Positions 27,627-38,040 of a stretch of DNA of 64,000 nucleotides are shown one piece after another; the stretch's first letter is position 1, and each line of letters begins with the position of its first letter. The notes beneath the pieces were generated by a model, which had not been told where the DNA came from, ran no database searches, and was given only the letters and a program-made list of their open reading frames with translations. Source of the stretch: Alphaproteobacteria bacterium. Lineage in GTDB: Bacteria > Pseudomonadota > Alphaproteobacteria > RF32 > CAG-239. The stretch lies in NCBI GenBank assembly GCA_048463395.1, contig DBFWPL010000019.1, forward strand, positions 2,668 to 66,667. The letters are read 5' to 3'. The position numbers were made by a program, and so were the translations under genes.

Positions 27627-29471
27627 ATGAAACGTTTATACTATTACATATCAGCAATATCTGTTCTGTTTTGTGGTTTTTCAGAAGTTGTTTGGGCAAC
27701 AGCAAAATTTGACATAGGTGCAACAGGCGGAAAAATAACGGAAACAGTTTCCGAATGGGGTGGTAAAGCCAAGAAAATGATGGATGAGAACGCCACGTTA
27801 CAAACCTTAATTACTTATGGTAAAGCCGCAAAAGAAGCTGCTGCAAATTTGCAAGAATTAAAAAATGATGCCATGCAGGCAGTCGGAGACGCGACCTCTG
27901 CTGCCAATCAACTGAAAGAAGACGTTAATTCTACGGTAGGAGATGTTGCCGGAGAGGTTAACGGTGTGGCCGGTGCCGCGGCCGGAGCAGCCGGAAATGT
28001 AACATCCAAAACACAAAGTGCTCAGGAGATTTTAAAACTTCAAAATGAAAAAAAAGAACTGGAAGATACCATTGAACAGGAAATTTTTGCTCAGGTAGTG
28101 GAAATTACCGGAAAAATAAATGCCTTACAGCAAAATAACGCCACCCTCAAACAAAAGATGCAGGAAGAGCCGGAAAAGCAATCTGAATATGAGGCAAGCA
28201 TTGTTGCCAATGAAAGCAAAATAAAAGAATATAATCAGGAATCCCAGCAGATTTCAACAAATGTAAGGTCGCAATACAGTTCTCAATTGAGTGCTTTGGA
28301 CGAACAAATAGCTGCGGCAAAATCAAAGGCATCGGAAGAGGCCATGGGAGCTTTGAGCGAAGGAGCCGGAAAATTAAAAGGCCTGCTGGGTGATGATTCT
28401 GCGGCAGAAGAGTTAAATCAGACCGTGGATAATAACTTTATTCCGGAAGATCAGCCGATTACAACAGAAACCCGCAAAAAAGTTATGGAATACCGCCAAA
28501 AAACTCGGGCATTGGATACAATTAAAGCCGTCAATGCAGCGTTGTTTATTAAAAAAGATTTGGACGCCAGTAACGAGCAGGCGGATAATACCAAGGCTAA
28601 AGCAGATACCAGTGAAGGCTTTTCTACCAAACCGGCAATGGGTATTCAGCTGAAGATTGACGAAATCAAAGCCTTGTTAAAATATACGAAGTTGCTGATG
28701 GCCGATATGAAAATGAGAACGGCAATGGATTTGGCGGCAATGAGCGAAGTTATGAAGCTGAGAAATCCGAATAATGATATTACCTCGTTTAATCTGGATG
28801 ATTATAAGTATGAAAAATCCGATTGTAATAAAAAGGAAGAGGAAGATAAAAAGGATAAATCTCTTGAGGTTAATGATTACAAAGAATTGGCAGGAAGTGC
28901 CATGGAAACGATAGGTTCTATAACCGGTAAAAGAGGAACGGGAAGTTCCGGTGGCGGATCCGGAGGTTCCTCAGAAGCAGGATATTCAGCTAATACTAAT
29001 GTCGGATATTCCGACAGCGGAACAGCCTATCCGTTAGCCGGAGATGATTATGTTCAATCGGAGGAGGCTCCCGAGGAAATAACATACATAACCCGATATG
29101 TTGATGATATTCAGTATGATGAATACGGTAATCCGATAGAGGATGAGACGGAAGAAAATGAGGTGGCTCCAAAAACGGAAGGCAGTTATGAGGCAGATGC
29201 CAGATCCCGTTCCGCCGGCATAGTTGATGAAGACGCCATGATGCAGGACGAATATGAAAAAGCCGCCCGAACAGCGGGAAGTGCCGGAGTTTCATCAGAT
29301 TTCCGGATTGACAAAAAAGCCGCTGTTTCGGAAGAAAATGATAATGAAGCCCAAAAAGAACTGACGGCAAAACCTCAGGAGAAAGTTTCTGCCGTTCCTC
29401 AAATAAGCGGCCGGAAAAGTTTTGGAAAGGCACAAGCCACGGTTTCTGCTAAAGCGGGAGAAAAGAAATGA
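27627..29471 (+). CDS. secreted coiled-coil protein sharing a C-terminal module with the TrbJ-like protein
   Basis: Start at MKRLYYY after RBS aaggggg. Signal peptide. Shares MMQDEYEKAARTAGSAGVSSDFRIDKKAAV and ISGRKSFGK with MIQDEYEKAARAAGSTGVSADFKVDKKAAV and VSGRKAFQK of the 24444 gene. Confidence 0.45.
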   Translation: MKRLYYYISAISVLFCGFSEVVWATAKFDIGATGGKITETVSEWGGKAKKMMDENATLQTLITYGKAAKEAAANLQELKNDAMQAVGDATSAANQLKEDVNSTVGDVAGEVNGVAGAAAGAAGNVTSKTQSAQEILKLQNEKKELEDTIEQEIFAQVVEITGKINALQQNNATLKQKMQEEPEKQSEYEASIVANESKIKEYNQESQQISTNVRSQYSSQLSALDEQIAAAKSKASEEAMGALSEGAGKLKGLLGDDSAAEELNQTVDNNFIPEDQPITTETRKKVMEYRQKTRALDTIKAVNAALFIKKDLDASNEQADNTKAKADTSEGFSTKPAMGIQLKIDEIKALLKYTKLLMADMKMRTAMDLAAMSEVMKLRNPNNDITSFNLDDYKYEKSDCNKKEEEDKKDKSLEVNDYKELAGSAMETIGSITGKRGTGSSGGGSGGSSEAGYSANTNVGYSDSGTAYPLAGDDYVQSEEAPEEITYITRYVDDIQYDEYGNPIEDETEENEVAPKTEGSYEADARSRSAGIVDEDAMMQDEYEKAARTAGSAGVSSDFRIDKKAAVSEENDNEAQKELTAKPQEKVSAVPQISGRKSFGKAQATVSAKAGEKK

Positions 29472-32400
29472 TGACGAGATTATATAAAATACTTTTTCTC
29501 TTAGTTGCCTTTTTATGTCTGAGTTTTTCTTTCGGTGGAACGGCGATGGCATTTATAGTGCCGCCGGGACCGGTTACACCGACCATAGATGGTCCGACGG
29601 ATGTTCAGTTTTCCTTAAAAGGTGTCGGTTCGGCAGCTACCAATATTCAGGCTCAGGCCAGTGCCTATATGCAGGAGCAAACCAAACTTATTAAAGCGGC
29701 CAAAAAGTCGTATTTAGACAAGTTTACCGGTTTTATGGGCGGATTATTCAAGAAAAAAGAAAAGAAAGCCATTGCCGGAACCAAGGAAATTAAAGAAACA
29801 AAAATCGCGGATATCTATGATCCTGAATCTGTTTATAAAGCAATGTATAAACTGTTTCTGGCCTATCCGACAGAAAAACAAGACTTAATGTCCTGCTATC
29901 GCGGAAAATCCGTGGAGTTTTATCAGGATACGGTAATTGAGGTTTATACTTCCGTTCGTCAGCTGGAAACACAATTGAAAGAGTTGGAAGTGGAAATTAA
30001 CGGCCTTTCTGAAAAGCTGGTGGCTGGCAAAGGCGGAGACGGGGCTGAAAGCAATGAGGATGACATCGGCGTCTGGAAAAACTATTATACGGCCTTTGAA
30101 ACTTTGGATGAGCTGCTTCAAATTACAGAAGAACTGATGGCGATGAAGGCTCAGTATGTGGCGACCAAAGCCGTATCTCAGACAATTGAACCGGCCGCCA
30201 AAGTGGACAAACAAAGCTCTTTGCTTGACGGTAAAATAACCGATAATGAAATTGTTCTGGCTGAAAATAAAACCGTTATCCGTACTTTTGGAGAAAAAGT
30301 TGTTTTAGCTCAAGTTTTATCCAAGAATACATCTGCCGTAAAGCAACAAACAATAGCACCTTCAACTGTGGGACTTATCGTCAAAACCCCGACCAGTCGG
30401 GCAGAAGCGGAAGCTGAAGCATTAACCAGGCAGAGAATAAATTTCGAAGCGGAAAACAATCTAACCCGTACGGTTTCTTTAAGTGCAACTTCTGCGGCCG
30501 AGGAAGAAGATGACGAAGATTATGAATATGATCCGGCAAATAACGGGTTTATGGATTTTGTAGATGCTCCGCCGTCTAACATGAAATCTCCGTTTGACGG
30601 CAATGAAGAAAAAATGGCCGAGCTTGAAAAATTGAACCCTGTCTATGAAAAATCACAGGAAGCAATGGAAGTTCATAACCTGATGAAGTCCCTTCCGTCT
30701 TATCGTGAGATGTTTGAACAATACGAACAAATGAAAAAACTGCATGAACAATCCCTGAAAATTTTGAAAGAGGCCGATCAGTGCAGTATACAGTTTTTAG
30801 GACGTTACTATAATAATCCGGAACAAGTTTGGACAGGTAAGCCTATCTCTGACAGCCAGATTAACGAGTATGATTTAAGAAGCGGTATTTCCGGTTGGGC
30901 GATTAAAAGTTTTGAAGTCGCCAAAGCTGAGCAAACCTCGCCGATTTCCATGGATGACTTGACTGAAACGGAAGTTGACGTGGATATTGATAATTCGGAT
31001 CTCAGTTCGATTGAAAAAAATAAAGAGAAGTATCAAAAAATGAGTGGCAGTGGGTTGGCAAATCCGAGCAAGGAAGAAGAGATAGAAAAAGTCGACCGTG
31101 AAACTTCAATGATAAACTGGAAAATCGGTGCCGAAGCGGCTTCTCTGATTGTGCAAGACCAATATGGCAGCAAACCGCAATGGGGAACGCCAAGCAAAAA
31201 GTTTCCGATTTGGAATGATCAGAAAACGTTTTATACCCAGTATATTGACGGCAAATACAATAATATCAAGGAATATCTGAAAAATGTCGATGTCAATGAT
31301 GTGGCTATTGAAATAGCTTTTAAGCTGAATGATTTGGTAAAAGATGCAGAAGAAAAAGCTTATAATGCACAAGAGCTGAATAAGCTGTCCGCTTTGATAA
31401 CGCAAAAGAAAAACGGAGAAGAAACCGTTTCCGCATCGGCATTGCAGACTCTTTTGGATAATAAGGAAAAATCTTTAAATGAGGCAAAACAGGCCAAAGA
31501 AACCCGTTTAGCCGGTTTGTTAACTCAAAAAGAGGCGATTAATGCCAAAATTGATAAAGCTTCCCAATATGTAAAGACATATAATCAGCGGATTAACCAA
31601 CTTTCTCAAGAAGCAATGGAAGCTCAAAACGAGCAGGAAACGCTGAATGATTTGGTACAGAGATTGGAAGAGGAAGAAGCTGAAAATGACAAAGAGCTTT
31701 TCTATACCGTAAAAGAGGAAGAAGAGTTTGACGTCGAAATCACGCCGGAAACCGAAAAAGAAACCGTAACTTATGAAACGGAATTAAAGGCGAATGTTCA
31801 AAAAATGGCTGCCCCGACGACAAAGGCAGCAGTTTCTTCCGCTCCTGCCGCCAATAAAACGGCAAAGGTAACAACGGTTCCTTCTAAAAATCTGAAACAG
31901 ATTAAGAAGACGGAAACCGTAGCGGTTAAGTCTATTGATAAAGCAAAACTTCAACGTCGTGAAGATTTGAAAAATCAGATGAAAAATGAGTTGAATGCAG
32001 CTTCTGAAGCCAATATTTCAGCTTCTGAATTTGATGAGTTGGAAGCGGCTCCCGTTTTAGAAAAAGCAGTTGGCAAAGTAAATAACAGCTTCAGAAAAAG
32101 AGCTGTCAGTCCTTTAGAAAAACAATCTTCTTATCGCCGTTTGGAAACGATTGTTTTGGCAGATGTCTTAAACAGCAATCAGGTTAGTGCTTTCAAAATG
32201 GACGCTTTAGACAGCATTGAGCAAATTAATGATGAAGCAAGGGTAAACAATGCCGCTAAAGCCGAGTTGAGAGATGCTTTGTCCGGACGTCGTCCGTTTA
32301 CCAAAGAAACCGTAACAACAATTTCGCTGCAGACTTCTGATGCCGTTCCGACCAAAACGGAATATAAAACAATCACAAAATTAGAAACAGCAGTGGTTGA

Positions 32401-34510
32401 AGGAAAACCGATAACCAAAATTGAAAAAGCGTCGCCTGAAAATGCTTCCGTTGCAGGAATAAAGGAAGCAACGCCAATTCTGGATTCCACTCAGAAAACA
32501 TATACGCCGATAAAGAAAGAAATCTCGACGACCGAAGTTCAGGAAGCTGTAGTAAAAACTTATACCCGCCAAATTGAAAAGCAGGAAAGCTATACTTATG
32601 ACGAAGATGGTTTGCAAATGAAAACGGCCAAGGAAAGCATAAGCGAAAGCGAGAAAGCGGCTGCCGTTGCCGGCAAAAATAAAGAAACGCTGCGTAAAGA
32701 TGTCAAAGCCAAAGAAAGCGAGATTGAAAAACTGCAGGAACAGCTGAAATCCGTTGAAGATAAAATAAAGAGTGTTGAACAGGCATATAATGTTCAGGTA
32801 CAGTTAATTGAAAACAATTATGTCGCTGATGTGGCGTCTGTCAAAGAGAAAATTGAAGAAGGACGGGTCGCTAAGCAAGTTGTGTCTTTGCTGGAACTCT
32901 ATAACAATGACATAAAAACAACGTTTAAAAACGCTTTGGGTTTGGTTGTACCGTCTCCGGTTCTTAACATTTTGAGCGAGACGGATGCAATCGTGGAAGA
33001 TACGAGAGATTATGCGGTATCGGCTGTCGAAAAAGCCAGAAGCGATATTATGAACCTCGGAGATGAACTCTATACGCCTAAAAGCAATAAATTGGTGGTT
33101 AAACGCCATGCAGAGTTAATGGATGAACTTAAAAGCCTTCCTGTCGAGCAATTAAGCAGTATTTCCAGTGCGATTAAGGCAATCTCCGGAAAGCCGGATA
33201 TCATCGGGTTGGTAACCGGGGTATACCAACAGGCTATGGTTAACCAAGCCTGCGGAGGAGACAGCTGTAAATCCGCAGATGATGACTATTTTGTCGGAAT
33301 TGTCGGTAAGGAACGTGATTTTAAAGCTCCGAAAGCGATACCGGAAGAATATCTTCCGCCGTTGAGGGAGTTTACCTTCTTTGATGATACGGATTATGAC
33401 AATGTTACCAGACTGGCTGATAATTCCATAACCAAAGACGGTTTCCTTAACAGCGGCAGCAAAATGCCGGAGATTTGGAAACTGATGCTTCGCCCGCATG
33501 CTTTTGTGGAAAAAGATATTGATTTAAGTTCTGCTCTGGATCTTGGCGGCGAGAATCTGACCTTTATGAGAGGCGGTATCCTGCCATGCCGTACAGAAGG
33601 AAAAATCTTAGATATCAATCCTGACGGCATGTATGTAGTTTATAAAAATGACGGAAGCGATATTCCTGAATGTAAAGAGCTGAAAATTGAAGGCAAAAGC
33701 GGGCTTCTCGGGAAGACATCTTACAATGTTATTGATATTGCCGAAGATGTAAAAGGACAGGCGATTGCCAAGGATAAAGCCGTTAATATCGGGACGACGC
33801 TGGCTCCGAAATGGATTACTCCAAAGCCGGATTCCGTAAATCCAAGCGAACTGGGTGTCCTTTTGCGGGCGGCAGACAATAATTTGTACTTTAACACTTC
33901 TGCCGTGAAGGTCTTTGAAAAACTAATGTCTGCTCAAAAAGAGATGAGTTCTGCCGGAAACAATTATGAAGTCAATATTGAAGATGAGGCATTCAAACGT
34001 GCTCTTCTGACTCAAAACCAAATCGGAAATTTCTTGAACTTTGTGGAACTTGAAAAAGGTTACCGTCAGGCAAAAGAAGAACTGGCTATAAGTATTGAAG
34101 AAGCTAAGGCAACATTGTTTGAAACGTTGAAAAAAGTCGGATTTACGCCGAATGAGAACCTGAATTTGGCTAATGAAGATGACTATGAGCTTGTTCGCGG
34201 ACAACTAGATCGTTTGAAAAACAAACTCGTGTCAGAGGGGTATGAAGGAATGGACGAAATAAAAACCACCGATAATATCGTGGTCGAAGAACGTCTTGAG
34301 AAACTTCAGCGAATTTTGGGGGCTTTACGAAAAGATAAAGATGAGTTAATCTCTATTTCGGAAGTAACACCGAGTGATGCCGAGCTGGATGAACAAATCA
34401 AGTCCGAAGAGGTTAATAAGAAAGTCAATGAAGAATACTCTAAAAAAGCTAAAGAAGCCTTTGAAAAACAATTGTCAGCCTTCCCTAGACCTTATTGTGC
34501 ATCTTACTGA
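29468..34510 (+). CDS. giant secreted coiled-coil protein (1680 aa)
   Basis: Signal peptide LCLSFSFGGTAMA. A long, predominantly helical and E/K-rich sequence with no TM. Translationally coupled (ATGA) to the upstream gene. Confidence 0.5.
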   Translation: MMTRLYKILFLLVAFLCLSFSFGGTAMAFIVPPGPVTPTIDGPTDVQFSLKGVGSAATNIQAQASAYMQEQTKLIKAAKKSYLDKFTGFMGGLFKKKEKKAIAGTKEIKETKIADIYDPESVYKAMYKLFLAYPTEKQDLMSCYRGKSVEFYQDTVIEVYTSVRQLETQLKELEVEINGLSEKLVAGKGGDGAESNEDDIGVWKNYYTAFETLDELLQITEELMAMKAQYVATKAVSQTIEPAAKVDKQSSLLDGKITDNEIVLAENKTVIRTFGEKVVLAQVLSKNTSAVKQQTIAPSTVGLIVKTPTSRAEAEAEALTRQRINFEAENNLTRTVSLSATSAAEEEDDEDYEYDPANNGFMDFVDAPPSNMKSPFDGNEEKMAELEKLNPVYEKSQEAMEVHNLMKSLPSYREMFEQYEQMKKLHEQSLKILKEADQCSIQFLGRYYNNPEQVWTGKPISDSQINEYDLRSGISGWAIKSFEVAKAEQTSPISMDDLTETEVDVDIDNSDLSSIEKNKEKYQKMSGSGLANPSKEEEIEKVDRETSMINWKIGAEAASLIVQDQYGSKPQWGTPSKKFPIWNDQKTFYTQYIDGKYNNIKEYLKNVDVNDVAIEIAFKLNDLVKDAEEKAYNAQELNKLSALITQKKNGEETVSASALQTLLDNKEKSLNEAKQAKETRLAGLLTQKEAINAKIDKASQYVKTYNQRINQLSQEAMEAQNEQETLNDLVQRLEEEEAENDKELFYTVKEEEEFDVEITPETEKETVTYETELKANVQKMAAPTTKAAVSSAPAANKTAKVTTVPSKNLKQIKKTETVAVKSIDKAKLQRREDLKNQMKNELNAASEANISASEFDELEAAPVLEKAVGKVNNSFRKRAVSPLEKQSSYRRLETIVLADVLNSNQVSAFKMDALDSIEQINDEARVNNAAKAELRDALSGRRPFTKETVTTISLQTSDAVPTKTEYKTITKLETAVVEGKPITKIEKASPENASVAGIKEATPILDSTQKTYTPIKKEISTTEVQEAVVKTYTRQIEKQESYTYDEDGLQMKTAKESISESEKAAAVAGKNKETLRKDVKAKESEIEKLQEQLKSVEDKIKSVEQAYNVQVQLIENNYVADVASVKEKIEEGRVAKQVVSLLELYNNDIKTTFKNALGLVVPSPVLNILSETDAIVEDTRDYAVSAVEKARSDIMNLGDELYTPKSNKLVVKRHAELMDELKSLPVEQLSSISSAIKAISGKPDIIGLVTGVYQQAMVNQACGGDSCKSADDDYFVGIVGKERDFKAPKAIPEEYLPPLREFTFFDDTDYDNVTRLADNSITKDGFLNSGSKMPEIWKLMLRPHAFVEKDIDLSSALDLGGENLTFMRGGILPCRTEGKILDINPDGMYVVYKNDGSDIPECKELKIEGKSGLLGKTSYNVIDIAEDVKGQAIAKDKAVNIGTTLAPKWITPKPDSVNPSELGVLLRAADNNLYFNTSAVKVFEKLMSAQKEMSSAGNNYEVNIEDEAFKRALLTQNQIGNFLNFVELEKGYRQAKEELAISIEEAKATLFETLKKVGFTPNENLNLANEDDYELVRGQLDRLKNKLVSEGYEGMDEIKTTDNIVVEERLEKLQRILGALRKDKDELISISEVTPSDAELDEQIKSEEVNKKVNEEYSKKAKEAFEKQLSAFPRPYCASY

Positions 34511-34525
34511 TAAAGAGAGCTGTGA

Positions 34526-35284
34526 ATGAACGAAGCAAATAACAGACTGGAAGGGACAAAAGTTTTATCCATAACCGATGCGACCGGAGTTCAGCGAGAA
34601 TTCGCCAGTGAAGTGGAACAGGAAGTATCTGGATTTAAGCTTAAGTATTATATGTGGTTGTCCCGCTTGTTTGTTTTGTTTGCAGTGGCGTCTTTGCTGC
34701 TGTTTATGAGTGCATCCCTGTCTTTGTTTAAGCTGGCTCCGCAGGTTACGGTAGAACCGTTTTTAATCATCCAGCAGGATTCTTCTGAAGGAATTGTCCG
34801 TAATGAGCCGATTGAATACAATATGGCTTCTAAAAATCAGTTGATGGAGACCTTTGTTCGTCAATATGTTTTGCTTCGTAATACGATTATTTATGATGAA
34901 AAAGAAATGATGACCCGCTGGTATGGCGGCGGCATGCTTAATTTTCTCTCTGCTCCGAGGGTCTTTTCCGATTTTGAACAATATCGCGACAGTATTTGGA
35001 GCAAAATGCGGGAAGATGAGCAAGTTCGGGAAGTCGAGATTATTTCTATCGGAAAGCTTGGCGGAGAAAGAAGTCCGGTGTGGAAAGTCGATTTCAAAAC
35101 GTATGATTTGTCTGCGGTGGACAGAGACCAGAAGACAAAAGCCCAAATTTTGACGGTTCGCTATTGGACAGCCTCCGTTACGGCCTATTTTGTTCGGGAA
35201 CGTGTGTTTGTCGGTCTTCGCTTAATCAATCCTTTAGGTTTTACTGTTACAAGATATTCACAAACAGAGGTCGAAATTTTCTAG
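34526..35284 (+). CDS. virB8: VirB8-family protein, paralog a
   Basis: 252 aa. Cytoplasmic N-terminus, one TM (LFVLFAVASLLLFMSASLSLF) and a periplasmic NTF2-like domain with FVRQYVLLRNT and YWTASV motifs. Confidence 0.7.
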   Translation: MNEANNRLEGTKVLSITDATGVQREFASEVEQEVSGFKLKYYMWLSRLFVLFAVASLLLFMSASLSLFKLAPQVTVEPFLIIQQDSSEGIVRNEPIEYNMASKNQLMETFVRQYVLLRNTIIYDEKEMMTRWYGGGMLNFLSAPRVFSDFEQYRDSIWSKMREDEQVREVEIISIGKLGGERSPVWKVDFKTYDLSAVDRDQKTKAQILTVRYWTASVTAYFVRERVFVGLRLINPLGFTVTRYSQTEVEIF

Positions 35285-35388
35285 CTTGTTGATAAGTTGG
35301 GGATTTTATTGGGATGATGTTAGACTTTTAATTTAAAAGAGTATAACGTCAACATATCTATAGATAGAATTATTGAAAGGGACCTTTA

Positions 35389-35577
35389 ATGTATAAAAGA
35401 TTTGTGATGCTTTTCCTCATCTTGCTGCTGACGGCCTGCGGAATTTTCGGTTCATATTATGAAGCCGAACCTGTTGGGGTTGGTAAAGGCGTGGACGAGC
35501 TGAAGTTGTCTCCGTGTGCTTGTATGCAGCTTGATTTGCCTAAAGATCTGCCCGATTGGTTTGTTGAAACAATCTAA
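35389..35577 (+). CDS. VirB7-like small lipoprotein
   Basis: 62 aa. Signal peptide with lipobox LTAC. Positioned between the VirB8 and VirB9 genes. Confidence 0.5.
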   Translation: MYKRFVMLFLILLLTACGIFGSYYEAEPVGVGKGVDELKLSPCACMQLDLPKDLPDWFVETI

Positions 35578-35598
35578 GATTAAGGAAGTTTATTCATA

Positions 35599-36333
35599 AT
35601 GGCAAATGCACTCGGCGGAAATAATACACAACAAAGATTAATCGGTAGCAGAGCTCAGTCTGCACCGAGAAATACTTCTCGTGCCAATGCGGATGTATTT
35701 GTTGCCAATGTGGCTGAAAAAAGATATTTGTGGACGGCTCGTGCTTTTGCGATTATCACGGCAATCAGTTTGTGCTGTAATGTCATTTTATTTTTAGCAA
35801 TTATGCAGGTTTTGCCGTTGTACCGTATTGAACCGTTTTTGTTGACGTTTCAAAATAGGCAGGAGCAGGTGTATAATATTCAGCCTGTCAAAGGCGATTT
35901 GGCTGATGAAAAAGCAATTACCGAAGTGTTTGTTCGCGAATATGTTCTGCTCCGCAGTTCATTTGATTTGGATATTCCGGAAATGGAGGCCCGTTGGATG
36001 CCGGGCGGCCCGATTCAGGAAATGTCTTCCGGTGCGGTTTACTCCGAATTCCTTGAAAAAACGGCCAAAAGAGCTCTGTCTATTATCCGCTCCAAGAGCA
36101 TGATAAGAAATGTTCGTATTTTGACGGTAAACGAACTGGGAAAAGGCTTATGGCAGGTGGAATACGAAACGCAGGATATGTATCCTGATTCGTCAACTCC
36201 GGAAATTAATTATTGGACGGCGTCTTTGCGGGTGGCTTATCGTAGGAAGAGTGTAAAATATGGCGAAAGGTTGAAAAATCCGGTAGGCTTTACAGTAGTT
36301 CGTTACTCACTGACATATAATAAAGTAAAATAA
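35599..36333 (+). CDS. virB8: VirB8-family protein, paralog b
   Basis: 244 aa. Same topology as paralog a, with FVREYVLLRSS and YWTASLRVAY motifs. Confidence 0.7.
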   Translation: MANALGGNNTQQRLIGSRAQSAPRNTSRANADVFVANVAEKRYLWTARAFAIITAISLCCNVILFLAIMQVLPLYRIEPFLLTFQNRQEQVYNIQPVKGDLADEKAITEVFVREYVLLRSSFDLDIPEMEARWMPGGPIQEMSSGAVYSEFLEKTAKRALSIIRSKSMIRNVRILTVNELGKGLWQVEYETQDMYPDSSTPEINYWTASLRVAYRRKSVKYGERLKNPVGFTVVRYSLTYNKVK

Positions 36334-36348
36334 AAGGTGTATTTCATA

Positions 36349-38040
36349 ATGGTTTTAAGAGCGGTTAAGATATTTTTTGTTGGGATGGTAATGCTGATAG
36401 CGGCCGGAAAAAATGCTTATTCTCAGGCAACTATGGGAAGTCTTGATCAAAATGCCGACCAAAGCCAGGGGCAGTATATGCCGATGAATATGGGGTATGC
36501 CGGATTTAATTCTTTGGGAATGGTGCAGAGTGCTTGGCTGGATCCGCTCCAGAATTTGGGGGAAGGGCAGTCTAAGCCGGCTTATTCCAGATATTATTGG
36601 TCTCCGGATTTGGTGTTGCCGATACGCCTTCGCGAAGGAATGATGACTTTGATTAATTTTCCGGAATGGGAAATGGTTGAAGATATGTTTATCGGTGATA
36701 ATTCCTCGTTTGACGGACAGATTACCGGTCCGAACACTATCTTGCTCTATCCTCGTAAGGGGGCTAACGTTGGTGTAGATACCAACATCATTATTTTCGG
36801 ACGTTCGGGAAACCGTTATGTTTTCTATGTTAAGAGCGAGGGTGTGAATACGGAACGTTTGACCAACTCCATTATTGATATTGACGTTATTGACGGCCCC
36901 TCGGGGTCGCGGGGTACCGGAGTAAACGGAACCCGCAGCAACGGCGGAAGAAGCGGGGTGAATGCCAGTTCTCTCAAGGGAGGAAGCGGTCTTTCGGTAG
37001 ATTCTACGTTTACCAAACGTTTTGGAAAAAATGACTGGATTAAAGAGATACCTCTGGATCCGACAAAGTTTAGATTTGATATTGAAGTTTACGTGCCGAA
37101 CCCTGATGATGTCGTGATTGCTCCGGAAAGAGTTTGGCGGGATGATATCTTTACCTATATCGATTTGGGCGAAAAAGCTCTGAATATGACACAGCGTCCG
37201 ATTGTAACGCTGATTGTGGAAAGAATTGAAGTGCCTGTTGGCTTTAGAACCAAAGGTCCGAATAATCGCTTGATTATTGTTGAGGGTATCGGCGATATGG
37301 TTATGAGGAACGGAAAACGTATTGTCTGTCTGAAAATGCGTCGTTCTGACGATTACGGTATGGAAATGGCAACCTATGCAACTGATTTTGAAGACAGTTC
37401 ATGGGATATTGCTCCGAAAATCCCTGGCGGACGTCAAGGCGGCGGACAAGGCGGAGCCGGATATGGCGGCGGTAACGGAGGTTTTGGCGGAGCCGGTTCT
37501 AACGAGGGATTTGATGAAGTCGGCGGAGATTCTCCTGGTGATTACGGAAATTATCCGGGAGCTCCGGGACAATATGACATTAAGGTCGGCAATAGCGAAA
37601 TTATTGCACGAAACAATGGTCAGGGGGGCGATGTCAGCGTCGGTTACCAGGGATCGGGACAACAAGGCGGAAACTTTGATTACTCAAAGATGCAGCGGAT
37701 TAGCAATAATCATAATTATAACAGCGGTGCTTTGGGCGGCAATGGTCAGTTCAGCTATGGTTCCGGATTCTCTGACAGTAGTTCCAACATCTCAATTGAG
37801 CTCGGAACAGATGCGGATGTCGGAAATCTTGAAAAATTATGGAGCGGTTTGACTAAGAAATATCCTGATATTCTCAATCGGTATGAACCGTTCTTCTCTG
37901 TAGATGCTCCGGCGGACGGGCAGGGTAAAGAATTGTTCCACTTACGAGTAGGACCGGTCGGTTCTCTTGATGACGGAGATTCCGTCTGCAGCAAACTCGG
38001 ACGAAACGGTGTATTTTGTAGTGTAGTCAGAACGCAATGA
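36349..38040 (+). CDS. VirB9/TrbG/CagX-like protein with Gly-rich linker and SPOR-like C-terminal domain
   Basis: Signal peptide, then a VirB9 N-domain (MMTLINFPEWEMVEDMFIGDNSSF...NRYVFYVKSEG). A G/Q/N-rich low-complexity region follows. The C-terminus FHLRVGPVGSLDDGDSVCSKLGRNGVFCSVV resembles SPOR peptidoglycan-binding domains. An ATG at 36349 is preferred over 36337. Confidence 0.6.
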   Translation: MVLRAVKIFFVGMVMLIAAGKNAYSQATMGSLDQNADQSQGQYMPMNMGYAGFNSLGMVQSAWLDPLQNLGEGQSKPAYSRYYWSPDLVLPIRLREGMMTLINFPEWEMVEDMFIGDNSSFDGQITGPNTILLYPRKGANVGVDTNIIIFGRSGNRYVFYVKSEGVNTERLTNSIIDIDVIDGPSGSRGTGVNGTRSNGGRSGVNASSLKGGSGLSVDSTFTKRFGKNDWIKEIPLDPTKFRFDIEVYVPNPDDVVIAPERVWRDDIFTYIDLGEKALNMTQRPIVTLIVERIEVPVGFRTKGPNNRLIIVEGIGDMVMRNGKRIVCLKMRRSDDYGMEMATYATDFEDSSWDIAPKIPGGRQGGGQGGAGYGGGNGGFGGAGSNEGFDEVGGDSPGDYGNYPGAPGQYDIKVGNSEIIARNNGQGGDVSVGYQGSGQQGGNFDYSKMQRISNNHNYNSGALGGNGQFSYGSGFSDSSSNISIELGTDADVGNLEKLWSGLTKKYPDILNRYEPFFSVDAPADGQGKELFHLRVGPVGSLDDGDSVCSKLGRNGVFCSVVRTQ

